64,000 bases of DNA from Gekko japonicus (Eukaryota), in the NCBI RefSeq assembly GCF_001447785.1, contig NW_015167061.1, positions 2,724,140-2,788,139 of the forward strand, in the 5' to 3' direction. Below, one piece after another: positions 1 to 10,900 of this stretch (position 1 is the first letter of the stretch; every line of letters begins with the position of its first letter). A model generated the notes under the pieces. That model saw only the letters and a program-made list of their open reading frames with translations, was not told the DNA's origin and did no database searches. The position numbers and the translations under genes were made by a program.

Positions 1-1435
1 AACCGCGAATCAAGATGAAAATTCTTTGTGATGCCAAAGACAGAGGTGGGCTACAATTACCAAATCTATATTATGAGGCGGTCTGTCTAACCTGGATGGA
101 ACAGTGGGTGAAATTAGAAAATGACAAGTTACTGGGGTTAGAAGGCCATGATTGTAGATTTGGTTGGCATGCATATTTATGGTATGACAAAACAAAAATG
201 GNNNNNNNNNNNNNNNNNNNNNNNNNNNNNNNNNNNNNNNNNNNNNNNNNNNNNNNNNNNNNNNNNNNNNNNNNNNNNNNNNNNNNNNNNNNNNNNNNNN
301 NNNNNNNTAATCAAAAAAGTGGGAACAGAATGGGTAATGAAAAAGCAGAATGAAATTGAATATGAATATGAATGGCTGAAATATATGCAGATTTTTGATC
401 TTTTTAGATCAGATAAAAGAAATTATGGTNNNNNNNNNNNNNNNNNNNNNNNNNNNNNNNNNNNNNNNNNNNNNNNNNNNNNNNNNNNNNNNNNNNNNNN
501 NNNNNNNNNNNNNNNNNNNNNNNNNNNNNNNNNNNNNNNNNNNNNNNNNNNNNNNNNNNNNNNNNNNNNNNNNNNNNNNNNNNNNNNNNNNNNNNNNNNN
601 NNNNNNNNNNNNNNNNNNNNNNNNNNNNNNNNNNNNNNNNNNNNNNNNNNNNNNNNNAATACAGACCTGGGAATATTTGTGGAAAAACTCTATTAAGATA
701 TCGCCTTGTACCAATGTTAGAGAGAATTGTTATAAAATGATGTATAGGTGGTACATGACGCCAAAAAAAATTGCAAATATGAACCAGAATATGTCAAATA
801 AGTGTTGGAAATGTAAAAGTCATGAAGGCTCATTTTATCACATGTGGTGGACTTGTGAGAAAGCAGTTGACTTTTGGACTAAAGTCCACAGGGAAATGCA
901 AAAAATTCTGAAATGCTCTTTTAAAAAGACACCGGAAATTCTGCTTTTGGGACTGAAAATGGAAGAAGTCAATACAACTAAAAAGACTTTATTCTGGTAC
1001 TTAATTACAACAGCGAGAATGATTTATGCACAATTTTGGAAAACAGAGAAAGTACCAGAAATTGANNNNNNNNNNNNNNNNNNNNNNNNNNNNNNNNNNN
1101 NNNNNNNNNNNNNNNNNNNNNNNNNNNNNNNNNNNNNNNNNNNNNNNNNNNNNNNNNNNNNNNNATATATCTGGAAAAGAACTGGGATGTGAAACAAAAC
1201 TTAATATGTTTAGATCAATATTAAGTCAAATGATGTTATCTTTAGATTGTAATGATAAGAAACTGATATAGTTGATGATATGAAGTAATTTGGAGCAGGG
1301 GTGGAAGCATTGCGGGAAGCCATTGGAGGGAGGGGAGGAATTGGGAACGGGGTAGACAATTGATAGAATGAAATGTTTTAATTATATACGTTGTATTCCT
1401 GAGAAAAATAAAATTTGTTTACCAAAAAAAAAAAA
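1..1435 (+). mobile_element. L1-clade LINE, 3' part of ORF2 plus 3' UTR and poly(A) tail (gapped, degraded)
   Basis: ORF fragments GGLQLPNLYYEA (end of L1 RT region) and YKMMYRWYMTP...CWKCKSHEGSFYHMWWTC (L1 C-terminal Cys/His domain); AATAAA near 1408 followed by an A-run at about 1424-1435. Confidence 0.85.
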
Positions 1436-4018
1436 GGATCTGGGCCTACAAGTCAATCGAGAAAAGTCTCACTTGAGTCCAGTCCAAAGAATAAAGTACA
1501 TCGACGCTATACTAGACTCCATGACATGCATGGCTTACCTGCCTCAAGACAGAGCGGCAGACATCATTTCCTTAACCACCGTCGTCCGTACCCACACTCC
1601 TGTCACTGCCTTCCAAATCCAAAGGCTGCTTGGCCTTACGGCTGCAACTACGTCGGTTGTCGTATTTGCCAAACTGAAAATGCGTTGTTTACAACTGTGG
1701 TTCATCCGGAATTACAACCCAGCGATCAACGCACATACTGTCCTCCTATCCCCCCCTCCCAACATATGAGACTCATTACTTTGGTGGACTGTCCCCTCCA
1801 ATCTTTTCCAGGGAGCACCCTTCCATCCGCCATCACCCCAAGTCACCATAACGACAGATGCTTCCCTGACGGGATGGGGTGCGCACACCATGGGCCTTTC
1901 CGTTGGGGACAAATGAGATGCACAGAAGAGGAAGTGACACATAAACTTCATAGAACTGCTGGCAATACAACATGCTGTCACCAGCTTCCTACCTTTAATC
2001 AAGGGAAAATGTGTCACGGTCCTCACGGACAACACCACGGCGCTCCCTTATGTCAACAAGCAAGGAGGCACTGTTTCCCTACGCCTCTGCAACCTTGCCA
2101 TCCAATTATGGAACTTCTGCATTGCCAACAACATTTTCCTTGTAGCCACACACATCCCTGGACACATGAACGTGCAGGCAGACCATCTAAGTCGAGTAGG
2201 ACTCAGCCTTCACAAGTGGGGGATGAACCCAACATACCTCCTCCCACTCTTCCACAGGTGGGGAGCTCCCCAAGGCGATGTCATTGCCACCAAAGCCAAC
2301 AAAAGATGTCCTCTGTTCTGCAGCTGGGGAGGCAAGGATCCACAATCTCTGGGAGACGGTGTCCTTTACCCTTGGTCCATGGGACTTCTGTACCTCTTTC
2401 CTCCCTTACCTCTGCTTCTGAGAGTGGTCCGCAAAATACTCTGAGACGGCGCGGACTGCATCTTAATAACCCCATGGTGGCCGAGGCAACCATGGTTTTC
2501 AACAGTCCTCGAGTTAGCAGGAATATACCATCAATTCCCTCCAGCTCAGGACCGCCTTCTCCTGTCCGACTCCCCTCTCCTACATCACGACATACCACAA
2601 TTGAAATTGACAGCATGGAGGATAACATCACCAGTTTCTCCACCCACGTAGCGAACGTTCTATTGAATTCCAGGAAACCTACTACGTGGAGGTCCTACAA
2701 TTATAAATGGCGAAGGTTCTGTTCTTCCTTAGGTGATGACGCCCCTCGAGCCACCTCAGTGGGTCTCGAGTTTTCCAATTCCTTCTCTCCCTAGCTGAGT
2801 CGGGACTTTCCCATTCATCGTTACGAGTTTATTTGGCCGCCCTTTCGGCCTACCATGTTCAAGTTGACGGATGTACACTGTTTTCCCATCCGCTTGCAAG
2901 GTTTATTGCATCTCTACCATCCTGTCAAAACTCCAGTCGTTCCCTGGGACCTTCCTCTAGTTCTCCGCCAGCTCACGAGGAAGCCCTTTGAGCCGCTCGC
3001 AACATGCGACCTCAAACTTCTAGCATGGAAAACGGCCTTTTTAATTGCTGTCACCTCGACTAGGCAAGTGGGAGAAATATTGGCTTTCCAACACGATACG
3101 CCTTACCTGTTGTTTTTGCCAGACAGAGTCCGTACCGGACATTTCCTTCCTGCCAAAGGTGGTGTTAGAGTTCCACATGCAGGCGGAGGTCTTCCTCCCG
3201 GATTTCTTCCCAACTCCAACATCCACGGAGGACAGACTCTTACACACTTTGGATGTGAAGCGGGCTCTCCTGTTCTACCTCAATAGAACACACCCGACGA
3301 GACGAGACTCCCAACTGTTCGTCTCTTACGCACCTGCAAGGTGCATCACTGCTCAGCGCCTGTCAAAGTGGATTGCGGGGCTCATCCATCTCTGCTACCT
3401 AATCGCCAAACAGCCATTGCCTGGCCCTATCAGGGCTCATTCTACCAGAGCTGTTGCGACTTCCACTGCCTTCCTCCAGGGAATTCCCCTGACAGACATT
3501 TGCAAAGCCGCTACATGGGCCATGCCTAACACCTTCATCAGGCACTACGCCCTAGACGTCCATAAGAACACCAATACCAACATGGGACGTCACATTCTGT
3601 CTTTGGCTACGCAGTAAAGGACCTGCCAGCACCCTCCTCCAGGTAGGCCACTGCTTGCTAATCTCCCATGGGTGTGAAGCACAGAGACCACGTCAGAGAT
3701 AAACAGATTGCTTACCTGTAACTGGTGATTGTGCATTCACACCACCCGCCCTTCTTCCCCGCTGCTGTCAGCTTCTACATTTTCAGTAGGGGTTGATTTG
3801 CGACGGTTTGAAGGAACTGGCGGGATGTCCGTGCCCACCCCTCTGGGCATGCGCGGTGGGGTTCCTGTGCATGCCCGAGGGACTGGGCGCAAAAATCCGT
3901 TAAAAGAGCTTGCTACAGCACCGATCGATCCAGCGCGTGCGCACTAGATCCCATGGGTGTGAATACACAGATGACCACTCGAAGATCACCAGTTACTGGT
4001 AAGCAACCTGCTTTTTTT
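1436..4018 (+). mobile_element. DIRS1-like tyrosine-recombinase retrotransposon, copy 1 (RT end, RNase H, MT-like domain, YR, 3' terminal repeats)
   Basis: Frame of 1368: LGLQVNREKSHL (RT end), TTDASLTGWGAH and LTDNTTALPYVNKQGG (RNase H), YLFPP...PWWPRQPWF (MT-like). YR from about 2615 to 3617: HTLDVKRAL, RAHSTRAVATS, AATW..TFIRHY. Direct and inverted repeats at 3661-3744 versus 3948-4003 fit the DIRS ICR/ITR layout. Confidence 0.92.
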
Positions 4019-4119
4019 CTCCTTAGTTGTAGTTCCCCTTCCCTTCTTTTCTTTGTGGTTTATGTAGTATTATAAAAAATAAAAAGATTCCCTCCGGGGG
4101 TCTTAAAAACAACAACAAA

Positions 4120-7100
4120 ACCTTGGCACCCTTATCAAAGGGATTACCGCTACACTAATCACCCGGGGTCCCAGTATCCTACATCTAAGCCCTTCGTTCA
4201 CTAACAAGGGATTCATAAACATAAAAGTTCTAGCCAACCCAGGTCAACTCACCACCCGCCCCTTTCACATAAAACCTCTTCCTAACTAGAAATGGTGCCT
4301 GCTCCTAGCAAGTTTGGTGACAGGCTAGCTCAGTTTTATTCTGCCTGGAAAAATATCACCTCTGAGGAGTGGTTCTGTCTTATCGTTAAATTAGGTTGTA
4401 GATCGGAGTTTAGTTCATTGCCTCCATGTTCTTTACCCTTAAAAGCATCCAACCAGGCAACATCAGACCTTTCTCTAGCATTAAAGGCTTTTCTTGAGAA
4501 AGGGGCGGTTGAGGAAGTATCAAAGCCGTCCAAGGGTTTTCTTTCTTGGATGCTTCTAGTGGATAAAAAGGATGGGGGAACAACGCCCATTCTAGACCTC
4601 CGAGATTTAAATGTGTTCCTCCCTGTTTCTAAGTTTCGGATGCTTTCCATCCCTTCAGTTTTGCAATTATTAAAGTTTAACTGTTGGTTTGCTGTTATTG
4701 ACTTGAAAGATGCTTATTTTCATATCTCTGTCCATCCCCAACCCCAGAAGCCCTGTATGCCAGTGTTTGGTTTGCCTTTTGGCTTGGCCACGGCCCCCAT
4801 TGAGATTGCCAAAGCGTCCAGCTCCAGGGGTGGCTTGCAAGGATGACCCACGTTCCCTCTTGTGGATGACTAAACACCAGTTATTAACTCATCGCTCCCT
4901 AGTTTTAGAGACCTGTTAGAAAGTTGGACTTTTAGTGAATTGGGGTAATAATTAATTATCGTATGGCACTGTGTGTAGTATAGCCAGGAGAACCTAAGAT
5001 TGTGTGGCAGCCTGAAGTTCTAGCAGTGTATGTGAACAAGATCTTGAGGTAAGGGTGGATCGAAAGTTAAATATGAGCAGCTAGTGTGATGCGGCAACAC
5101 TAATGCAGTCTTGGGGTGCATCAACAGAGGCATAACATCCAGATCACAAGATGTCATAGTCCCACTGTACACTGCATTGGTCAGGCCGCACCTGGAGTAT
5201 TGTGCGCAGTTCTGGGGGCCTCACTTCTAAAAGGATGTGGACAGAGTGGAGTGGGTGCTGAGGAGAGCGACAAGGATGATTGGGGGCCTGGAGACCAAGA
5301 AGCCCTGCGAGGAAAGGCTGAGGGATTTCTTGGGAATGTTCAGTCTGGAGAAGAGGCTGAGGGGGGACAAGATGGCTCTCTTGAAGTATCTGAAGGGCTG
5401 TCACTTGGAGGAGGAGGGCAGGGAGCTGTTCCTGTTGGCAGCAGAGGAGAGGACTCACAAGGATGGTTTTAAATGAAGGGCAGGGAGGTACCAGCTGGGA
5501 AGGGTCGAGGATGGTTTTGGTGGCCCCCTTTTGGCCCTCCAAATATGGTTCCCATCCCTTCTGGGGATCTGTCGGGGGCAACGTTTTCCCCTGCCCAAAC
5601 AACCAGACTTAAGAAGCATCAACAAAGTATTTCACCACAGTCTGGATTGCCTCAGCCTAATGGTCTGGAGGCTGGGACAGAGATCTAATATTTTCCCAAG
5701 AGGGTAATGATGTCCTTCTGAATTCACACAAGCCCAATACTAGGAAGCCTGTTTGTGCAAATGGAGATGATTCTCTCTTTGGTGTGATGAGAGGAAGATG
5801 TCTCCATGTTGTGTCTCGTTGCAAATCATATTTGAATACTTATTGCACTTAAGAAATAAAGGTTTAGCCTTTTCTTTAAAAGTTCCCCTAGCTGCAATTT
5901 CTTGTTACTGCAGGAAAGCCAGTTTTTCCCCATCACTTGTCTAAAAGATTTCTGGCGGGATTATATAATTTGTGTCCACCTCGGGGACCCATTGGTCCCT
6001 CAGTGGTCTCTTTTGTTTGTTTTGGCACAATTAATGTGTAGACCCTTTGAACCTCTCACTACATGTTCATTGGCAGAACTTTCCATGAAAGTATGCCTTT
6101 TGGTGGCTGTTATATTGGCCCGAAGAGTTAGTGGGAGGTCTTCAAGTAGATCCTCCATTTTTTTATTTTTGCAGACAGAGTGATTCTTAGACTTAGTCTT
6201 AGATTCCTCCCTAAAGTAGCCTCCAGATTTCTTTTTTCTCAGGATATTATTTTGCCCATTTTCTTCCCAACACCAAGCTCTGAAAGTGAGTGATAGTTAT
6301 ACTCACTAGGAGGGCCGTATTTTTTTTACCTTAAAAGAACTTTGGGGTTCCGTAAGGGCAAAGCACTGTTCATATGCTTGGCTGGGCCTAATTGGGGGGG
6401 GGGGTGAGGGCCTCTCCTCAGACGTCACCCAGGTGGATTCCTTCCACCATTCATTAGAGAGTGCCTGCGGGTCATCTAGTGCACCGTGCCCTTTAGACAT
6501 TCAGGCCCATTCTACCAGAGCTGTAGCTTCCTCTGCAGCCTCCCTTGACCGAGTGCCGTTAACAGAGATCTGCGGTGCTGCTACATGGTTGTTAGACGAC
6601 ACCTTCGTCTGCCGCTATGCACGGGATCAGCAGGCAAGACTAGAAGCCCAAGTGGGAAAAGCTGTGTTGCAGGTGCTGTTCAAATGAAGAGCACCGAATA
6701 ATGGCTGCCACCATCAAACGAGTGACGACGACTCCCAGCACTTTATTATGGTTTTAGAATTGTTTTAATTGTAACTTATGTTTTAGTGTCACTTACCTGT
6801 TTTAATGTAAGCCGCCCTGAGCTGGCTCTGGCTGGGAGGGCAGGGTAGAAATTCGATAAGTAAATAAGAGTGCATGCCCCATCTCCTGGTGAGTAGCTTG
6901 CTAGAGTCCCCTCGTGGGACTGCACGGAAGATCGATGGTGAAAACAGGGTTGCACTTACCTGCAGCTGTTGTTCATCGAGTATCTTCTGTGCAGGCGCAT
7001 GTACCCTCCCACCTGCCTGCTGCGCTAGACCATGTGGCCCCTGGGTGGGAACAAGTTCTGGCTGCGGTGCACAGTGCCCCCTGGAGGCTTTTAGCTGTAA

Positions 7101-7175
7101 AACCTATCCAACGGCAGGCCTGCCCATGCTCAGTGCTCGTGCCTGCACAGAAGGTACTCTATGAACAACACGGGC
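4120..7175 (+). mobile_element. DIRS1-like retrotransposon, copy 2 (degraded, interrupted by CR1)
   Basis: 4292-4846: GDRLAQFYSAW, LVDKKDGGTTPILDLRDLN, IDLKDAYFHI, LPFGLATAP (DIRS RT). YR remnants RPFEPL...ARRVS and QAHSTRAVASS at 5990-6687. Inverted repeat TGTTGTTCATCGAGTATCTTCTGTGCAGGC (about 6967-6996) versus about 7141-7170. Confidence 0.85.
5030..5500 (+). mobile_element. CR1 LINE ORF2 3' fragment nested in DIRS copy 2
   Basis: Typical CR1 C-terminal text: ILGCINRGI..., [42 protein letters not shown]. Confidence 0.85.
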
Positions 7176-7996
7176 CAATGCAACCCTGGTTTTTTTACAA
7201 CAGACTCTTTAAGTGTTTTTAAAAGATACGTTCTGAATACTTTCCACCCCTCCCATTCCCACTGTGTTTCCCGCACGCTGCGACCCCTTTGTTAACTGGC
7301 GGTACATTTAGGTGCAGACATATTTGAGTGAGGTGTATGTTTTCTAAATCTTGCGAGCAAGATGGAGGGCGGCAGAGGCAAGAAGAAGAGAATGAACAGA
7401 CAGAAGGTGGAATCCTCACTAGTGGCCCATCACTGGGCACTGAAAAACTCTTCTCCAAATGAAATAAGTTGTGTGTGTGATAATGCGAAGGCAGGGAAAC
7501 TGTGGCAAGCCCCCTTCTCTTCTGTCAGTGAAGAGTGGCCTCAGAGCTTCTTGCCCTCTGAGAGTTTGGATTTTGTTGATTGCCTCCGAAGCACGTCCTG
7601 CTTTACAGGCAATGGATGGGGGTTTTCCCCCTTGTCATTGGCTCTGCTGGGAAAGCTGTGGTGTGGTTGGTTTCATGGGATGTGCAGAGCAGTGAGGGTC
7701 CCCTGCGGATGGTTCAGAGGAGCGGCAAACCCTCGTTCCAGAATCTCAGCCGTGGAATGGGACGGGAGGGACTGTGCCGAGAGCAGGAGCGGGTGGCTCT
7801 GTGTGCCTCTAGTCTGTCCCCTCTGAAAGAACCGAGGATAGCAAGCTGGTAATTTTGTGGTGGGGAGGGTGAGAGAGGGGGCTGCAGCCCTGAAATGTTG
7901 CTCTCTGGCGCTTCGTGCAAAGACGGTGCAGAGGGTGTGGCTGGCGTGTCATGTTTCACTTTCCTTGGTGTTTTTTTGGCTTTGTGTTGGGCACAG

Positions 7997-10900
7997 CTGA
8001 AAGTGCCCATGGCAGAGAAGCCTGGAAGCACTGTGAACTTCCGTAAGTTGCTGCTGAATCGCTGCCAGAAGGAATTTGAAAAGGACAAAGCTGACGACGA
8101 TGTCTTTGAGAAGAAGCAGAAAGAACTGGAAGCCGCCACCACAGTGAGTCCCCCACACAGCTCCTTCTGTATGTGGGGGGGTGGGGGTTGTGTGTGCACT
8201 CTGCTGGTGGGAACGGGATGTGCCGCATTTTGCTAAATTTGAAGAGAGTGGTTTGCATTTGGCTGATCTCAGAAACGAGGGGGGGCTTGCAGTGTGGCGC
8301 CATTCCGCCAGTATTCCCTGGGTCAGCCCTCTTTCCAATTCCCTTTCCTGTGCTGCAGCCAGAGGAGAGGACCCGGCTTCACGACGAGCTGGAGGAGGCC
8401 AAGGACAAGGCGCGCCGGCGCTCCATCGGCAACATCAAGTTCATCGGGGAGCTCTTCAAGCTGAAGATGCTGACGGAGGCCATCATGCACGACTGCGTGG
8501 TGAAGCTGCTGAAGAACCACGACGAGGAGTCCTTGGAGTGCCTCTGCCGCCTCCTGACCACCATCGGCAAAGACCTGGACTTTGAGAAGGCCAAGGTGGG
8601 GGAAGGGCCTCCACTGTCACAACAGGCGGGGGGTGGGTGGGGAGGCCTTTCGAGTGGCAGCAGCCAGGGAGAGGCCGTCTTCGCATCTTACACAGCCATC
8701 AGTTAGTCATCCTCCAGTCCTTTTTCTGTAATTAAATTTCTAAAAGCTTGGGAGTTTGCTCAACATCCCGATTCTTGACGGGTTTCACTCCCTGCTCACT
8801 CTGCTGGCCCCCCGTGGACTTGGCAGGGATCCCTCCCCACGCCTGGTTGGAGGATGCCGCCCGCTCCGGGTCCTGCCACTGCCCCCTATATATGGAAGGC
8901 CTGATCACTACGTCGTGACGTCATCAAATGTAGGCATAACATTCCCTGAGCTCTGCAGTTTCCAGCTACTGTCACAAGTGTTTTAACTTGCAGTTTCTCG
9001 TGTACCCAACAAGATATTCTCTTGATTCTTTCACTGCAGTATTCCAGACACTTCACACTAGCTTACAGTGTTACTGAGTTAAGTTTCCCTTGCATATTTG
9101 GGTGCATGTTTCGTATAATTTACAAGCATATAATAGGGGAAAGTGGTGGATGTCTGTTGTATGATGGTATTGTCAAATAACTTCTGGTTTTCAGTATTAC
9201 TTTTTATTTACCATTGACACAGCATGAGATAGAAATATGCACAAACTCATACTTAGGTAAGAAGTTTTCACATACAGTAAACTTCAATCATAATCTCCAG
9301 TGACCCCAAAAAAACCCAGCTACACAGGACATTCACAAACATTCAAGGGAACCAACAACTGTAATACAGAGTACAACAACAATCAATCTTCCTATGGAAT
9401 TTCTTTTGAGTAAATTAGTAAATTAGAGGAAAATATAGAAACTACACATTGTGGCCTTCAATGAATCTAAATCTCCCCAGTTGTCATTTCAACTCACGTT
9501 GTTGCAGTTCAGGGGCAGATATATGTGAAAGGCAACCACATCACTTCTGTAAAGTTTACAGTTTCCTCTGTGATGTTTGTGACAGTCTTTGACAACAACA
9601 ACAATACAGTCCACAGTAAACAATGACCAAGAAAAACCAATAAATAACAACTGTGCACTGACCAACCCACCCAAGAGCAATAGAAAAGAGACTTCAATAC
9701 AATAAGAAATTCAAAGCATGTAATCCATCATAGGAAGCATTGCTGGCAACCGAAGGGGGAGGGCATGGGCACATATGCACACACGCATGTACGCCCCCCC
9801 CCCCACACACATACACACAAATTTTAAAAAAACAAAACAAAAGGGGGGGGGAAATATTTCTACATGAGCCCTGCTGACTTCGGGTCAGTGGGAGAGTTTG
9901 CATTATGTATAATCTCAAAGCAGATCTGTGCAAGTCCATTTCAGCCTCCAGCCTTCCATTTTCTGGCCTGGTGGAATTATTCCCCCCCCCCCCAAAAAAA
10001 ACCCAACACATATGATTTTAAAAAAGGAAAGAAAAGGGCAATTTTCACCCTGCCGTTTGTAGCTCCGCATATGTTATTTAGCTCCACTCATAAGAGTCTC
10101 TCTATTGCAAAGATGGGGGGGGAAGGGAGGGGAAGGGAAGCTTCGGGGAATCGACCCACCTCTTTCTTCTGTGAAAATACAGATGATCACTGTGTAAAAA
10201 AACCCCAAACAGCAGCCCCAGAAAGCCCTTGGTCGCTCAGGAAGCAGGGGAAACGTTCCCGCTTGCTGGGCTCCGTCCCATCCCATCCCACTCCAGTCAG
10301 ATTAACTTTTCCCCTCCCTCCAATCTCTTCCTTCCGAGACGGCCACTGTGGAAAAAACAAAACAAAAAACAAACAAACCCCAAAACCAACTCCAGAAATC
10401 CTCCCTCGTTTTTGCGAAAAACCAGTCCGGGAGAAAGAAAGAGACCCGTCGTCTTCTTCTGCTCCAGTCAGCCACAAAGGAAATGTTATGCCTACTCAGG
10501 TCGCCATTATAGTGACGTCACGACGTAGTGATCAGGCCTTCCATACAGGGGGTAGTGGTCCTGCCCCTTCCATGGCAGGGTTGCTGTCCCAGAGGCTGAG
10601 AGGTGCTTTCTCCCCTAGAGGTGCTTCGTCCTCTCTGCTGCTCTTCACTGTGGAAGTTAGATCAGGCCTGAACATTCTTGGTTCCTGCTCCTCCTTTGCC
10701 ACTATTGTGGTCTGGTGATCAGCTGGCCACGATGCCAGCGCGTTCCCAGAGCTCAGCCTGAGGCTCCCTGGGATGGCACCCCCACGGCTGTCCAGCGGAG
10801 ATTGTGAGGGCACCTGTCTTGTCTTCCAGCCTCGAATGGATCAGTATTTCAACCAGATGGAGAAAATAGTGAAAGAGAGGAAAACGTCATCTAGGATCCG

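Noticed and set aside
8877-10557. RAG/Transib or CACTA assignment for the TIR element
   Set aside because: The CAC termini are suggestive, but there is no 5-bp or 2-3-bp duplication directly at CAC/GTG and no RSS-like nonamer.
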